A stretch of 64,000 nucleotides of DNA from Candidatus Kapaibacterium sp. (GTDB lineage: Bacteria; Bacteroidota; Ignavibacteria; Kapaibacteriales; UBA2268): positions 4,128,001 to 4,192,000 of the forward strand of contig OY762428.1 of the NCBI GenBank assembly GCA_963665665.1, read 5' to 3'. Each line of letters begins with the position of its first letter. Within the stretch, counting starts at the first letter, position 1. Made by a program: the position numbers and the translations under genes. Shown piece after piece: positions 61,452 through 64,000 of the stretch. The notes under the pieces are model-generated. The model made no database searches, was not told the DNA's origin, and saw only the letters and a list, made by a program, of their open reading frames with translations.

Positions 61452-61648
61452 ATCATAAATCGCATATTTGTTCCTAATATTCATAACTTTCGAATATATG
61501 AAAATATGAGGTATAATAGGAGCAGAAATTGGAATATACCCCAAACCAAAGGAAGGTTCAATCCAATGTATCCTGTCTCCTTGCACTAAGTAATAATTTT
61601 TTGTATATTAAAATCAGTTAATTTATTTACATATTACCCGGAGACAGT

Positions 61649-63526
61649 ATGAGAAAAACATTCACAATTTTAAGTTTTTTCATTTCAATAGTTTTACTCA
61701 ATCCACAAACCCTGTTATCTCAAATTAGCAAAGAGAAATTTTTTAAGGAATATGCCAGGGAATTCCAAAAAGAAAAAATCAGATTCAACTTTGAAGATTA
61801 TCTTTCCAATAAAAATTCAAGCCTGAAAAAAGGAAATAACGATAGCCGTATAACATCCAATGATATTGAAAACCCGGTATCTACACTTGAAAATACCGAG
61901 TCTGAAATATCTATTGCCATAAATCCGCTGGATTCAAACAATATTATTATTTCCCCGATAAAAGGTGATGATCAAGACCCTGAAGGTGTTGCACTTTCCT
62001 GCCCGATATATTATACAAAAGATTTTGGTAAAACATGGAGAACCAGCAGTTTCAAAACCAAGCCTTTAAGGGATTTTGCCCTTGTAGCTGGTGGCGGCGA
62101 CCCCGTTCTGGTATTCGATTCCAAAGGAGTTGCATACTTAACATGGATTAATATATTCCTGACAGCTAAAGAAGATGAGGAACCTGACTCTGCTTTTGTG
62201 GGTATGTACTGGGCGTATTCCGAGGATGGAGGCGAAACATGGAAGCAGGAAGGAGACGGCATTCTTGGGCATTGCTTCGGCGGAAGTGAATATACACCGA
62301 ATCCCAATGAAATGTTCTCAAGGTTTTACGATAAACAATGGATGGCTGCTGACCATTCAGGAGGGCCTTATGATAATTCAGTTTATGTTTGCCTGATGGA
62401 TGTTGATATTGAAACCTATACGGTTCATCAGTATTTATTCAGGAAAGAAAACGGTGCTAAAGATTTTATACAGGTTCCCACCGATATTGCCCCTGCAATG
62501 TTCTATCCACAGTATTCATACCTTGATGTTGACGGATCGGGTACAATCCATTGCACATTTTCAGACTTTATTGGTTTTGATGCCGGATTTTTCCACGTAA
62601 GCTCAACAAACGGTGGCGAAAGTTTTGGTTGGGAAAACGAGATTGCGCTATATGCAGGAACCAACCAGATGACCGGAGTGGTTTCAACAGCCGGTATGGA
62701 AAGGCTATTCCCAGGTTCCTGCCTTGCTGCCGATAAATCTGATTCAGAATATGCCGATAATCTATACTTCAGCTGGACTTCAACAGGCGAAGGCCGGGAC
62801 GACGGAAATGGCCTTGATATCAAATTTTCAAAATCAGAGGATCATGGACTTACATGGTCTGATCCGATAACAATAAATGATGACCCCAAAGGCGTGGATA
62901 TACAGAACTATTACTCGATGATGGCTGTAAGCCCCGACGGCGTAATAGCAATAGCATGGTACGACAGGCGAGATGATGCCAACGATCTGAATACTGATAT
63001 TTACATGACCTATTCATTTGACGGTGGGGAAACCTTCATTCCAAATTTTAAAGTCACATCACAAGCCGCCGATTTTTCAATGATTGATGTGAAGAACCGT
63101 GGTTTCAGTATTGGTGAATACAACCAGATGGTAGCAACAAAAGGCTATGCAATACCTGTTTGGGCTGACGGAAGGAATAACAACGGTGATATAAACGTTT
63201 ATACTGCATTTGTGCCAATCAGCAGAAATCCTGTCTCGGTAGAATCACTATCTCCGGTCAATTCCGGATTCACTCTGCATGAACCTATACCAAATCCTGC
63301 AAAACAGGAAACTAAGATTAGTTTTTCGCTTAGGGAAGGAAGTAATATCAGGATAGATATCGTTGATATACAGGGAAATATTGTTATATCCATGGATAAA
63401 AAACGATATCCTGAAGGTGAAAGTTCGATGAATATTGATCTGTCTGAATTAGCAGACGGAGCCTATTTCTGCTATTTGTTTTCAAATAATGGATATGCGG
63501 TAAAGAAACTGAATGTTGTGAAGTAA
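61649..63526 (+). CDS. BNR/Asp-box (sialidase-like propeller) protein with T9SS C-terminal sorting domain
   Basis: Five S/TxDxGxTW/F boxes; PNPA...G.YF..L...KKLNVVK C-terminal domain. Confidence 0.85.
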   Translation: MRKTFTILSFFISIVLLNPQTLLSQISKEKFFKEYAREFQKEKIRFNFEDYLSNKNSSLKKGNNDSRITSNDIENPVSTLENTESEISIAINPLDSNNIIISPIKGDDQDPEGVALSCPIYYTKDFGKTWRTSSFKTKPLRDFALVAGGGDPVLVFDSKGVAYLTWINIFLTAKEDEEPDSAFVGMYWAYSEDGGETWKQEGDGILGHCFGGSEYTPNPNEMFSRFYDKQWMAADHSGGPYDNSVYVCLMDVDIETYTVHQYLFRKENGAKDFIQVPTDIAPAMFYPQYSYLDVDGSGTIHCTFSDFIGFDAGFFHVSSTNGGESFGWENEIALYAGTNQMTGVVSTAGMERLFPGSCLAADKSDSEYADNLYFSWTSTGEGRDDGNGLDIKFSKSEDHGLTWSDPITINDDPKGVDIQNYYSMMAVSPDGVIAIAWYDRRDDANDLNTDIYMTYSFDGGETFIPNFKVTSQAADFSMIDVKNRGFSIGEYNQMVATKGYAIPVWADGRNNNGDINVYTAFVPISRNPVSVESLSPVNSGFTLHEPIPNPAKQETKISFSLREGSNIRIDIVDIQGNIVISMDKKRYPEGESSMNIDLSELADGAYFCYLFSNNGYAVKKLNVVK

Positions 63527-63571
63527 TATTATATAAATATTTATTCTGACATTCTGAATTTATAATTGGAT

Positions 63572-63606
63572 AATACCCGCCTGAAATTTCCAGACGGGTA
63601 TTTTTT
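63572..63606 (+). terminator. Intrinsic terminator
   Basis: AATACCCGCCTG...CAGACGGGTATTTTTT. Confidence 0.75.
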
Positions 63607-63793
63607 ATTCTGCGGGATTGAATATTAAGCGGATTTTTATTCTTAGTATTTTTTGCTGATAAATATTTTCCTACAGCCTTAAAAATATCAATTATTTAAG
63701 CCCTTTTTTTATTAACTTGCAAACTTGAATTATGTTTAGATAAGTTTTTACTTAGTTTATTATATTAATTTTAAGAATATGGAAGGATGTTAG

Positions 63794-64000
63794 ATGAAAA
63801 CACAAATCGAACCATTCAAGATAAAATCAGTAGAGGCAATACCGATAACAACAGTTGAAGACAGAGAAAAATACTTAGAAGAAGCATTCTACAATCCTTT
63901 TTATCTTAAATCAGATTACATTACTATCGACCTTCTGACAGATAGCGGAACAACTGCCATGAGTTCCAAACAGTGGGCACAGGTTATGGACGGCGACGAA
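63794..64000 (+). CDS. Tryptophanase / tyrosine phenol-lyase family enzyme, 5' part
   Basis: Absent from the ORF track: [14 protein letters not shown]...YNPFYL...[17 protein letters not shown]...GDE. tnaA cannot be told from tpl with 69 aa. Confidence 0.9.
   Translation, partial: MKTQIEPFKIKSVEAIPITTVEDREKYLEEAFYNPFYLKSDYITIDLLTDSGTTAMSSKQWAQVMDGDE

Noticed and set aside
63610-63793. TnaC-like leader peptide upstream of the tryptophanase-family gene
   Set aside because: Only tiny ORFs (MFR, MEGC) without Trp were seen.

Overview
This AT-rich bacterial chromosomal window is most likely from the FCB group. A T9SS C-terminal domain, GGAG-type RBSs and the gene content suggest an Ignavibacteria/Kapabacteria-like organism (inference). 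Most of it is housekeeping and envelope genes: tri-heme cytochrome c peroxidase (partial), ettA, NupC, flippase, TrmH, plsY, pyrG, NamZ, Nif3 / zinc-ribbon / RNase P RNA, a fused aconitase-family dehydratase, an ECF sigma module, rsfS, argS, GH92 and a partial tryptophanase. It also holds an extended arsenic operon (arsR-arsC-acr3-yeeE-arsP-arsEFG) and a PIN toxin-antitoxin pair. The most unusual feature is a composite element present twice (about 22.2-24.8 kb and 56.9-58.5 kb), each time between convergent genes. It consists of two different 21-nt tandem arrays built from a shared, shuffled vocabulary of units. Palindromic REP-like modules sit inside the first array in exact multiples of 21 nt, and a nested cluster of other palindrome families follows. 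No mobilising enzyme is visible in the window. Other notable items are a His-rich RAPP-motif leader ORF upstream of a TonB-dependent receptor and an ODP-like di-iron protein paired with a double-hairpin chemoreceptor-like protein. All calls are by eye; no database searches were run.
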